Of a stretch of DNA of 60,027 bases, positions 38,189-48,769 are shown one piece after another; the stretch's first letter is position 1; every line of letters starts with the position of its first letter. The stretch is from the NCBI GenBank assembly GCA_002269645.1, contig NIVC01004115.1, positions 1 through 60,027 of the forward strand, read 5' to 3'. Source of the stretch: Macrostomum lignano. Taxonomy: Eukaryota. A model generated the notes under the pieces. The model saw nothing but the letters and a program-made list of their open reading frames with translations. It was not told the origin of the DNA and made no database searches. The position numbers were made by a program, and so were the translations under genes.

Positions 38189-39120
38189 CCTAGTCTCTAA
38201 TCTAATCTCTAATCTAGCAATATACAGACTGTTAATTTGAGATACTAGGATTATAATTGGGATTGTATCCAATGTAATCTTTGAAGGATCTAGAGATTTT
38301 AGGATTGGGATTGCATTGATCATTGATCAAGTTTTGATTCTACAAGCCCTGTCTTATAATTCAGTGAGAAGTATTGCATATAATTATAGAAAAGTTTGCC
38401 TTGCATAAATTATTTGTGGCAGACTAAGGGTAATTTCCAAAAAAAAATTTTGGCTAATGAATTTCAGAAATTTCATATGTATGATCTGCTTAAATAATGG
38501 ATCAATATCTAAATAGTTATATCCAATTTTTTTTCTTTGCACTAGACTAGAAATAATTATATATATTTTATTTCTTGTATATTTATACAAAAATACAAAA
38601 TGACAGAAAGAATAAAGAAAAAATGAAGTTGCAATTGGACCAAGCTAAGCTTATGATATTCCAATATTAATCTTAAGAATTATATGGGAGTTAGAGGTGT
38701 TAGGGAAAAGGGGAAATGAATAATAGAGAGGGTATAGAAAAGGAATAGCAAGAAAGATAAAAAATGACATGAATAAAGAAGGAATGAAAAGGGATAAGAT
38801 AGATCATAGATAGGAATATTTCACCAAACAAAATTAATAAAGTTATTCTATAATATAATAGCTTTCATTTTAAGAACCTTACAAGTATTTAAAATTAAAA
38901 ACATAATATGAAAAAGAAAAAAAAGTAATTCAAAAATATCTGGATTATTTGGTAAAAAAAGAAATGTTTAACAAATATAAATGCATATAATTTAAGCTTG
39001 TCAGATCTTTTCCTAGATTTTTAAGGCGAATAAAGCAAGATTAACATTGTTTTAAATGATGTAGCCTTCAGTAAAACAAATAGAATAAAATTTACAAATA
39101 AAAACCAACAGTTGCCACTG

Positions 39121-39305
39121 TAGTCAATCATTAACTATTTATTATCCTCTTAGTCAATCATTAACTATTTATTATCCTCTTAGTCAATCATTAACTATTT
39201 ATTATCCTCTTAGTCAATCATTAACTATTTATTATCCTCTTAGTCAATCATTAACTATTTATTATCCTCTTAGTCAATCATTAACTATTTATTATCCTCT
39301 TAGTC
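39121..39305. repeat. 30-bp tandem repeat x6 (tagtcaatcattaactatttattatcctct)
   Basis: Direct inspection. Confidence 0.95.
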
Positions 39306-40251
39306 ATTCTTCTTTACGCCTATTAGTACTGTTTTTGTTTTAGTATAGTGTGGCGGCCTGCCAGTCTGTGATTGGTGCACCTGCAGGGTAACCTTAGCCT
39401 TATTTTTTTGGGTCGGGTGCACTAGCTTACATGTACATATAGCCAGCTGCCAGCCAGACCGAATGCTCCCAGCTGAGATACTGACTTTAAAGCCTTACCT
39501 CTGATTGGGCAACATATCCACTTTCTATACATATAAACCTAAAGTAAATCGTATCACTTCTTTTCCCTTTACTCATTGGCCTTGCCCAATATGTGCACCC
39601 AAAATAGTGGATTTATTTATTTATTTCTGTTCTATACATGAATGTTTGCATGTACGCATTGTTCACTAAATTGCTTGTGTTACTAGTGTAGTACTTGTGT
39701 ATATTATATATTGTAGAAATTGTAGAATCGATTGGCAATCAGTGGCTAGCAGTGAAAGTGTTGCAGAACTTGCAGCATGACAATTTACTAAAATAAATTG
39801 TCAAAATCATCATTTTGATGATAATTACTAATTAATAACTAAGTGATACTGATAAGGTAAGGGGCAGGCAATTTTAAAAAGTTCTAAAAAGTAGTTTTAA
39901 GGACGAAAATATTATTCATTTCAGCTTCATTGACCAAAAAGTGAAGTATTTATCATTAATTTCTATAAAATTATTCAATTTTTCTTTCATTATAACAAAA
40001 CTTTCATTGTTTGCATGCTCAAAATTAAAAATAGTATTGGACTATCAAAAAAATTTGAAAATTGTATTGAAGTTACCAAAGTCCAATACTATCAAAAAAG
40101 TATCAACTTCTAATACTCCGATACCCAAAAGGTATCGCCGATAGTATTGGAGTATCAGAGTGTCGGAATTGTGCCTAACACTGCAGAGCTATGAGGCTAG
40201 CTAAGCTAAGGAGTTAGACTAAGGAACTTTCTAAGCAAGAGCATTTGGGGT

Positions 40252-40548
40252 CATACATGCGCAACCTCCAAAATTTGGTCGGCCATGCGACTTAGTTTAA
40301 ACAAAAATGCGACGTAGTTTTTGGCCAAAAATGCAACTTACATGTAAAAAAACCTAAAGCAAAATTAACGCAACTTTGGGTAAACGGCAGGAGTAACTAT
40401 GACTGTCTTATTAAGCTGAAATGCCTCATCAGCTACTTAGTACTACTACTTTAGTGTTTTTTCGGGTGGGCATTTTTGCGACTTCCTTGGTTCGCCGCCA
40501 AATCAGTCGGCCGAATTGGCCGACTCGGCCGATTGTTGCGCATGTATG
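40252..40548. mobile_element. MITE, hAT- or P-like
   Basis: 14-bp perfect TIR CATACATGCGCAAC / GTTGCGCATGTATG; 8-bp flanks TTTGGGGT and TTTAGGGT (7/8 match). Confidence 0.75.
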
Positions 40549-41237
40549 TTTAGGGTATTGGCAATCTTTTTATAGAATTATATAGAATTATTTTTATAGA
40601 AATGATTTTTCAAATAACAAATAAGTTTAATGTATAATTTTTACCCTAAAATAAAATCAATTTATCTTTAAAATATTTTTTTAAATATAATACAATTTTA
40701 TTTTGAATTTGTATAACAGCAATTACTGTATTTTCTCTGTACTTTTATTTGATAATAAGTCAATTGTGACTGATTGACCAGGCTTAGTGACTTAAATAAA
40801 CCTTATTTATTAATTATTCAAACAAATTTACTTTAAAATTAGCTTTTTTACTTTGTTTTTAGTGTGAAAAGTGAGCTAAATTAATTTGAAAATTATTTTT
40901 AGTTGAAAAAGTGCATTTTTGGAATTTACAGAGGGTACAGAAGGATTTCCAGGGCATTTCTTCTAATTCTTCATTGCAAGCAATGTTTAAAATAGCTAGC
41001 CTAATAGGTTTATAATATTCATAGGTCCATATAGATATAGGTGATATTATATTTTCATTATATAGATAGGCCTATTCAATCAGTTGCTTATGATAAAGTC
41101 TAAAGAGTCTGTCTAGGTCAATTAACTTTCTTTTAAGAATGCACGGCTATGCACGGCACGGCACAGCGGGTGGTCTAGCTTGGCACAAGCATCAGCTTCT
41201 TTCGTGAGTTTCCGTTTGCGATTCTCGTTTCGGGGAA

Positions 41238-41615
41238 GGGTCTCCCTAAAACACGCACCGCCCCGCCCCACAGCGCTACACGTTAAAACAAATTTGACTA
41301 TAACTGAAGACATTTCAAAATGCGTTTTATGTTAAGCTTCAAGCTTTTATTTAACTTAGTTTTTTTACTTTAAAATATCAAATTCCGTGTATAATAAGTG
41401 ATATTAATAATAATATTAATGAAATAATAATAATTTAATTTAATAATGCAAACGAGAATATGAAAAATATTAATAATATTTAAGGTAATAATTAAAGTTA
41501 ATTATTATGTTACTCTTACAACCAATAGTTTTCTTTGCAATCGAAATACTGCATTGACAAAAATGTTATAATGTGTAGCGGTCGGGGCGGTGCGGTGCGT
41601 GTTTTAGGGAGACCC
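41238..41615. mobile_element. MITE with GG termini and 8-bp TSD (Merlin-like)
   Basis: TIR GGGTCTCCCTAAAACACGCACCGC (24 bp perfect, ~55 bp imperfect); perfect TSD TCGGGGAA at 41230-41237 and 41616-41623; AT-rich interior. Confidence 0.85.
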
Positions 41616-42245
41616 TCGGGGAAAAAACTATAGAATAGCGAACTCTGTTATAACAAAAAACTTGTATATTCAAATGACTGAAAAGCAAGTGTGGCAGGCG
41701 GGTTGCCACGTAAGATGCGATGACTGGAATTTGGCATGTTTAATTTTTTTGCATGTGCATGGTGAACCGCTGCGTTTCCCCCTTTATTGGAGTGACATCA
41801 CTCCCGGTGTTGGTTTCTGTCTATACCCGCAACGTGTACTGCTTACACGGAGTTGGATGTGTGCCGTAATTTTGTTTTTTTTTCTATGTGTTTAAGCCGC
41901 CCTTTTACGTGATTTTTCTCTCCCATTGTGCATGCCCAGCCTCTGTCCCCACTGCGTGACCAGTCACTCCCCTCTATTTAAAGCGATGATTTACATGACT
42001 GCTCCTTCAACTGCTCCTTCAACTGCTCCTTCAACTGCTCCTTCAACTGCTCCTTCTACTATTTTTCTACTACCGTTTAAATTTAGTGCTACAGTTTTCT
42101 GCTCGTTTAAGCCCAGTCGAAACATTTTCGACCTCGGCCCGCGTCTCATCCGTGTAGTGTCGTGTAAAATTTATTTTATTATCCAGCCTGCTCGAAATAA
42201 GTCAATATAATAAACTCCAACCATTAGTATTTATTTTATTGTACT

Positions 42246-42690
42246 AAAGCCATAGTATTTCTTGAGTCATTTGCCCGTGGGGCGTAAAATAACCAAGTTC
42301 TCATCTCAAAGAAAGCTCTGGGACTTATTCGTTCCGTAATACGTAAAGTACGGTGGTGGCAGCAACTACTGAAAGTAACGAGTTCCGATAGTCGACGCAT
42401 TAATTTTCGGAGTCAGAAATCTCCGGTGTTTTCTCCGCTTTGAACGACCGCGCCGCTAACGACCGCTCCGCTACGATTACGACTACCCTCCCCCCGGACT
42501 TGAGGACCCGGCTGTCGGAGTAAACAGGAGAAGAAATTTCGATGTGATTCGTCTGCGCGTTTTTCCGGTTTTATTCGTGCGAACTCAACGCCGGCGGCAA
42601 TTCAAACGAGGAATCCGCCCCACCTCACTGGTGTCAGCAAATTCAAAACAACCGTGCTAAGAAAGATCTTCTCCACCCCCACCTCACAAG
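42246..42690 (+). mobile_element. Dispersed repeat, copy 2 (inverted relative to 20835-21296)
   Basis: See copy 1. Confidence 0.8.
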
Positions 42691-43157
42691 GATAAAACTA
42701 ATTCCTGTGAAGTCTATTAATTAGTTTGTTAACTTTTTAATTTTTTGCAAAAATTTTTTGCCGTTGTCGTTTTCCTTATCGCCAGTTTAGCAACATTCTG
42801 TACTGGATTAAAAATTACTACCCCAAAATAATTTGACTGTTCTTTATTTTAAGACTGTTTACTTTTTGTTTAATTGCTTGTAATGGTGAAAATTTAATTG
42901 CATAATTAAAGGCGGGAAAAGTGACAGCCGTCGGCAACAGTGATGCCAAGCTCCACCCGCTCTCTTCGCTCTCACAGCATGTCCTCAACCATGCGACGAT
43001 GCCGGCAATGCGGTGAGTGGCTGAGCCTAAAAAACTTCGCTCGCCATGTGAGGCGCCGCCACTGAGGGGTAAGCAATGCAGTGCCACCATGATTTTCTTT
43101 GATTTTTAAACCTGCTTATTAGTCAACTGCCCAACTGGATAATTACTACTGCTCGAA

Positions 43158-43382
43158 GGAGGTTGTAGCCTAGTGGTTAGAGCGTCGGACTCTTCGGACT
43201 CTGGGTGAGCTGATCAGTTCACCCAGCTGTAAAATGGGTGCCAGCGTTAGCTGTGGTAATTGAGGGTGCGTGTGGCGCCCCCCACCGAACAGCCGTACGC
43301 AGCCTTCAGATGCGCCACGCAATAGCCACGGCTGAGCTGTCGGTTAGGGCAGACGTAGTATTAATTATTATTATTATTATTA
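43158..43382 (+). mobile_element. tRNA-derived SINE, CORE-like, copy 2 (internally deleted)
   Basis: A-box TAGCCTAGTGG, then CAGTTCACCCAGCTGTAAAATGGGTGCCAGC, shared body and (TTA)n tail; B-box region missing. Confidence 0.75.
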
Positions 43383-44770
43383 CAAGCGTAGTATCGTTGA
43401 GAGTTTCAAAACAAAACTATCTTATTCACGAGACACTGCAGTCACATCGTGTCCATTTTTTCTTTCTCTGCCTCAAACCAAGCTCACACTCGACCTTCTC
43501 AATTGCTGAGTTTTCTTGGTTTCTTTTCTTGGCACTCCTGCATTAGATTCCCTGTATGATTTATATTCGCACTCAGACAATGATCCGCTAAGCTTCCTGA
43601 AACCAAGCAGCAGGGACCGAACTCTGTGACAAGCGTCGCGCCGAGCGCCGCGCCGAGCGCCGCGCCGAGGAGCCAGGCCCCGCGCTCCGAGCCGTTCAAG
43701 AGAAGTGCCCCGCTAAATAGGTAATATCAAATTAATATCTAATAGAGATACCAAAGACATCGAAATAAATGCAAGCCGATGTTTCAACAAAGGACAAGTC
43801 ACTTGCGCCAAGCCTGCACTGCACTTTTCACTGCAGGCGGCATGAAACATCAGAAGAGGTCGAGGAATATTTTGTCGCTAAAGTGCAAGCGGCCGCTAAG
43901 GTGAGTGCAGCCACTAGAAATATGGACTGTTTCTGACTAGTAACCTGTTTATATAGCTACTCCATCAAGCAGACACACTTTACTCCATTCTGGAATCAAT
44001 TTCAGGAACTTTGCCAAATCAAGAGACCAAGAAGGGTTAAAGATCAGGCGGCACAAGCAGGAGAGGAGGACAGTTGTTATATGTTATATATATTATTATG
44101 TTATATATAATTATACTATATACAGTTGTTACATATGTTAATGTTATATACAGTTACAGTGGTCCTTGGCTTTTTCGTTCAGATTTCTTGTGTTCACAGT
44201 CTTTAGACACCATGATATATATGTAGATTTAATGTTGACTTTTCAAGCATTTCTACTATAAGTAGCGTAAAGCTGTTGAATAGCTAATTGTCAGCCGGGC
44301 CAAAGAACTTATAAAGTCAAACTACTAAGTTTAACAAACGTCGGGTGCAGTAAATATAGCTAATTATTTATTAATGAACTTCAACTGCAAGCCGCTTCTT
44401 CGACTTGTTTATTCGACAGAGGACAGAGCCGCACGGTGTGAGATAATAATGGTATTTATAGGTCGCGTCGTAGCAAAAACAAAAACTAATTAATGGAATA
44501 GTGATACTAAAAGTAAAAAAGGTAACAGAACGATTAAATTTTGGCTCGTATACAGCAGCCGAGCAAGAGTAAATAGCAAGAGGGGGTGCAGAGCTTCCAG
44601 GCCCTGGTCCATCAACTGCATGGTCAAAGCCGACCTTCGGCCATACAATGAACACCAAACAGCATGGATGTTTGGGTACGGAGGGGAGAAAACAAATGAG
44701 GAACGAATGCCGGTATTCGTCATTTGTCACACAAAAACTCCTTCAGTCAGTATTTGGCATGGACTCGATC

Positions 44771-45487
44771 TCAGCGGCGGCCGGCGGTTCGTCCACCGCG
44801 GCGGGCGTAGCTGAGGCCGCGCTGGGTTCGAGCAGCAGTGCCTCTGGCAGGCGGTCGAACGGGTTCCTCGGCGTTATTGGTAGAGGCGTCATTGGTAGAG
44901 GCGTCATTGGTAGAGGCGTCAGCCTCCTGAAGGCCTTGGGCTGAGGCGGTGCTGGGGGGCCAGCCGAGGATGTGGACCGTGTCGCCTTCCACGAACAGCC
45001 TTTCGGGGCGCTTCTCTACCGCGATGTCCCAGAAGGCTCGCAGGTGGGGCAGCCAGCCGTTTTGGAGGTGCCCAGCCTCCCAGTAGGCGATGGCCATTAG
45101 TAGTGCCAACGCGGGGCACGGCTGGCCTCTCTGGCGGACGTAGTCATCCGCTCGCTGGAGAAATTCATCGAGCGTTTCGCGCGTCGCGGCCGGGTCCATC
45201 TGCTGGCACATCAGTCTCCAGCGGGCGTCAACATCGACTTCTTCCTTGGTGACCGCCCTTTGGTAGGCCTCTTCTAAGTCTGCGCGCAGCTGGCGAAGGG
45301 CTAGTGGCAAGTTTGTCCCGGTGGCGGCGGCGATGAGGGCTCTCAATAAGGCGTCCTCGTCTGGACGAAGCCATGGAGCGCGGACTGGCTGGGCGTCTGT
45401 TCCGGACTGGCCGCTGCTTGGAGCTAGCTGGTAGAGGTACCCAGCTGCCTGCTGGTCGTCTTCGGGGGACATGTGCTCGTCAGCCAT
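44771..45487 (-). CDS. Uncharacterised protein (238 aa)
   Basis: GC-rich ORF with coding-like composition, GCCATGG start context and an upstream acceptor (ttgctcAG); no family recognised. Confidence 0.55.
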   Translation of the reverse strand: MADEHMSPEDDQQAAGYLYQLAPSSGQSGTDAQPVRAPWLRPDEDALLRALIAAATGTNLPLALRQLRADLEEAYQRAVTKEEVDVDARWRLMCQQMDPAATRETLDEFLQRADDYVRQRGQPCPALALLMAIAYWEAGHLQNGWLPHLRAFWDIAVEKRPERLFVEGDTVHILGWPPSTASAQGLQEADASTNDASTNDASTNNAEEPVRPPARGTAARTQRGLSYARRGGRTAGRR

Positions 45488-47252
45488 GGCAGGTAGTGAG
45501 CAGCTGAGCAATTGAAATGGAATTAAGCAGAATCAAGGAAACGGAGATTTGACACAAGATGAGGGGCGCTCAAGAATAGAATTTCATTCTCGGATAGAAA
45601 ATCTCGCATTTTATACCCTGGCTGATCCATCCGATGGAAAAACGGTTCCCACACGATTGAACAAAGACCGCCAACCCGCGTGCACTCTAGCTGAGGTCAC
45701 GCCCGCGGAGGTGGGTGGGTGAGTGGAATAAGTTTATGCGTTAAAGGGGAGCGAGGCACAGCTCGAAGCAATAAATAATAGTTTAGACTCGGTAAAGAGT
45801 TTACAAATGAACCGAGAGGGGCGGTGTTGGGAAGCAGAACTGTTCCCAGGGCCCAAAGCAAAGCAGGCACAGGAGTCCCTTGCTGTTCCTTACAGATTTC
45901 CCAGTAAACTGCAGGCTTGATAAGGAGCAGTGACAGTGCCTGACTCATCGCACGATAAACAGTTGGTGCCGGAGCTTTCCCAAAAACTGGTGGGCCCAAA
46001 AAGGAGCCGCATAACTCGCATGGGAGGACAAGGTTTTACGGTGCAGGGGCCGGCAACCTCCGGCCCGGGGCTGAATGCGGCCCGCGAAGCCTCTCTATCC
46101 TGCCCTCGGGTCCTTTGAAACTTTACAATAGCAATCCGCTCAGGGTTTGTGTGTTTTCTAAGTTGTCTCCTCTCTCTTTTTCTTCGCTCTTTTCTCATCT
46201 CTCATCTCCTCTCCTCTCTCCTCTCATCTCCTCTTCTCTCTCCTCTCTCCTCTCAGCTCCTCACCTTTTTTCTCTCCGCTCTCATCTCTCTCTTATCTTC
46301 TACTCGTATCTACATGAACATATCCCATTCTATCTTCTACGAGACGAGTATCTTCTATCTCATCTCTTCATTTATCGCGTCTCTCATCTCTCCTTTCTTT
46401 TGTCATCTCCTCTTTCTTGTTCTCTCTCTCTCCCATTCTATCTCCTTTCCACTCTCATCTAGCCCGCATCAATGATCCAAACTCTTTATCTGGCCCTTCA
46501 AGTAAAAATTTTGCGCCCCTTGTTTTACAGTCTGGGCTTTTAAACACCTTTTATTGTAGAAGAGGATGCTACACTCGTCCTTTAGCGCAGGTGCTAAGAC
46601 TTAAAATTAGTACGAGCTATCAATTTTCACCTGAAAGCCTAAGGATGAGAATAGAAAAATTAATTTCAGCACTTTACTCGTTGATGATTGCAGAGAAAGT
46701 TTGCAGTTAATAGCAAACTGGGAAATAAAGGTTTAACAGCTAGAAATGAACTCGCGATATTGCCTACTTACCGTAGCGCGCCTAAAAGATTTCAGTAAAA
46801 CATTTCAGGGGCAGTCTCACTTTTAATTCGTTTTTTATTACCGTTAAATTTCGATCTCGCCTCCGATAGCAGGCAGATCCGGGTCTCCTAGCAGAACTCT
46901 GGGGTGTCACAGGCAGGGGTTCGAACAGTCGTTGCTATCTTGTCCCATTTCTGATGATCTTCAAGGAGACAGGTGAAAACCTATTTAATGTTTTATTGGA
47001 AGCACGAGAATTGCCCGCGATCGAATTGCCCGCAATGCTTTTTCATGCAACGCATTTTGTACCCTTTTGTCTATGGTTTCCGGCATTCATACTTGCGGTA
47101 ACAATTTAATTGTTTGTCGGCTTTTTTCGATTGTTGCCGGATTTCAGACGAATGTATTTGGCTATCAAAACAAGGAACAACAATAGCAACACGGCGAAAG
47201 TGTTTCATAGTCACAAAAAGTTCTTAAGAACAAACCGATCGAATCAATTGTT

Positions 47253-47700
47253 TTACTTTCCGTAAAAGTTGAATGTGCAGTTGTGGAACTGACCACCACA
47301 GAGGCTTCTCGGCAGGTCTTGGCCGCCCTCGGGTGCTTTCATCAGCTCGCCTCTATCAGACCCAATTGTCACACTTTCGATGGTGGATTCCGCATCGTCG
47401 TCAATCTTGGTGACTTTGGACCCATAGGCAGCCAGACAAGCGCTCATTCGGGCCACACAGTCCATGTCTCGCCGCTTGTATACATCCACTGAGCTCGAAT
47501 TCTTGTGTCCCGTCATTAGTGTAATCGCTTGATTATCGATCCAGGTTGTCCATCTCCAGAACGTAGCGCGTGCTCGACTCTCGGGTGACAAAAGCCAACT
47601 CGTCCGTGGAGAGTCCACATATTTCTCCGCCAGGAATGTTTGCGTAGCGAATCATAGCTACTTTTCCTATTTGCACTCCGAATAGGAGAATTAATTCAAG
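47253..47700 (-). pseudogene. Degenerate Crypton/DUF3504-type tyrosine-recombinase C-terminal fragment
   Basis: ITLMTGHKNSSSVDVYKR and terminal FHNCTFNF resemble CryptonA/ZMYM/KCTD1-type C-termini; upstream IGK...CGL remnants are frameshifted. Confidence 0.55.
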
Positions 47701-48003
47701 CTCAAAATCAACTTGAGAATAAACTCATGGCAGCCAGGCTAGCTGTCTTCACTGTCCTTTAAATTTGCCATAAACGATTAATTATCTCTACAACCCTTTC
47801 ATTTAGAGAGCAACTAAATTTGCCATAAACGATTGATTATCTCTACAACCCTTTCATTTAGAGAGCAACTAAATTTGCCATAGACGATTGATTATCTCTA
47901 CAACCCTTTCAAAGCGCATTCCGGCAACAATCGCATTTCATACTCAGCATCCGCACTATGTCTGGGCCATAGACAAGGGAAGTCAAAAGGGTACAATAAT
48001 GAC

Positions 48004-48098
48004 ATGTACCGATTTTTTTCGGCAGCAATTGCTCTACTAAGCTTCAGCCGCTACGCGGCTTCAGCTTACGCAATTGCTGCCGAAAAAAATCGGTATAT
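48004..48098. repeat. 95-nt near-perfect palindrome/hairpin
   Basis: atgtaccgatttttttcggcagcaattgc pairs 28/29 with gcaattgctgccgaaaaaaatcggtatat; inner stems taagct/agctta and agccgc/gcggct. Confidence 0.9.
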
Positions 48099-48769
48099 AT
48101 CGTTACATTGCCACGCGTCAGATAATTCATATTCTTCTGATTGGTCAAGAGTCTTAATAAAGAGATTTACCCGAATCAAAACATATTTTTCTTGTAGGTC
48201 TTCTTGTGTAAGAAATGTTGTTAGGCAAAGTTTAACAGACTGCACGTACAACAAATGTCAAAACGCTTTGCCCACTGCAAGTTAGTGATAGAGAGTATCG
48301 AAAAAACAATTGCAAAGGGGCACGATCACTCGTTATTACGACTAGTAGTGCAGGACGTCTCCCTTAGTCAGCATCGCATAGACTCTAATTGATCATGCGA
48401 ATTCCGTTGGCTCACAAATCCAAGTCTCACAGAACTGTACGAGCGGCTCAAGCGACTCAAGCTGCTGCTCTGGGATCTGAAATGCTGCTCGAGTTCTGAA
48501 TGCAGTGGGAATACAGTAGCTGAACTGCCCCCCCCCATGCTGAAGTGGCAGCGAAAGCGAAGCTCAAGAGGTGCGAAGGGGCAGTTGTCGGGTCGGTGAC
48601 CGAAGGGGGGGAGGCGTAACGGTGGTGAAAGTCAAAGCAGCTGAAAACTTCTTTAAAAGCCGTCAAAACGTCAAAACGTCAGCAGTTGCTTGGTAGCCGA
48701 GGAACTGAGCTGTCTCTCTAAGCTGTCAAACTGAGTGCACTGCTTGCTGCTCAACTTCGATAACCGAAG

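Noticed and set aside
43158-43230. Functional tRNA gene
   Set aside because: It has an A box only, with no T-arm/B box or acceptor stem, and continues into a SINE body.
46044-46090. hAT/Charlie-like terminus CAGGGGCCGGCAACCT
   Set aside because: No matching opposite end or TSD was found.
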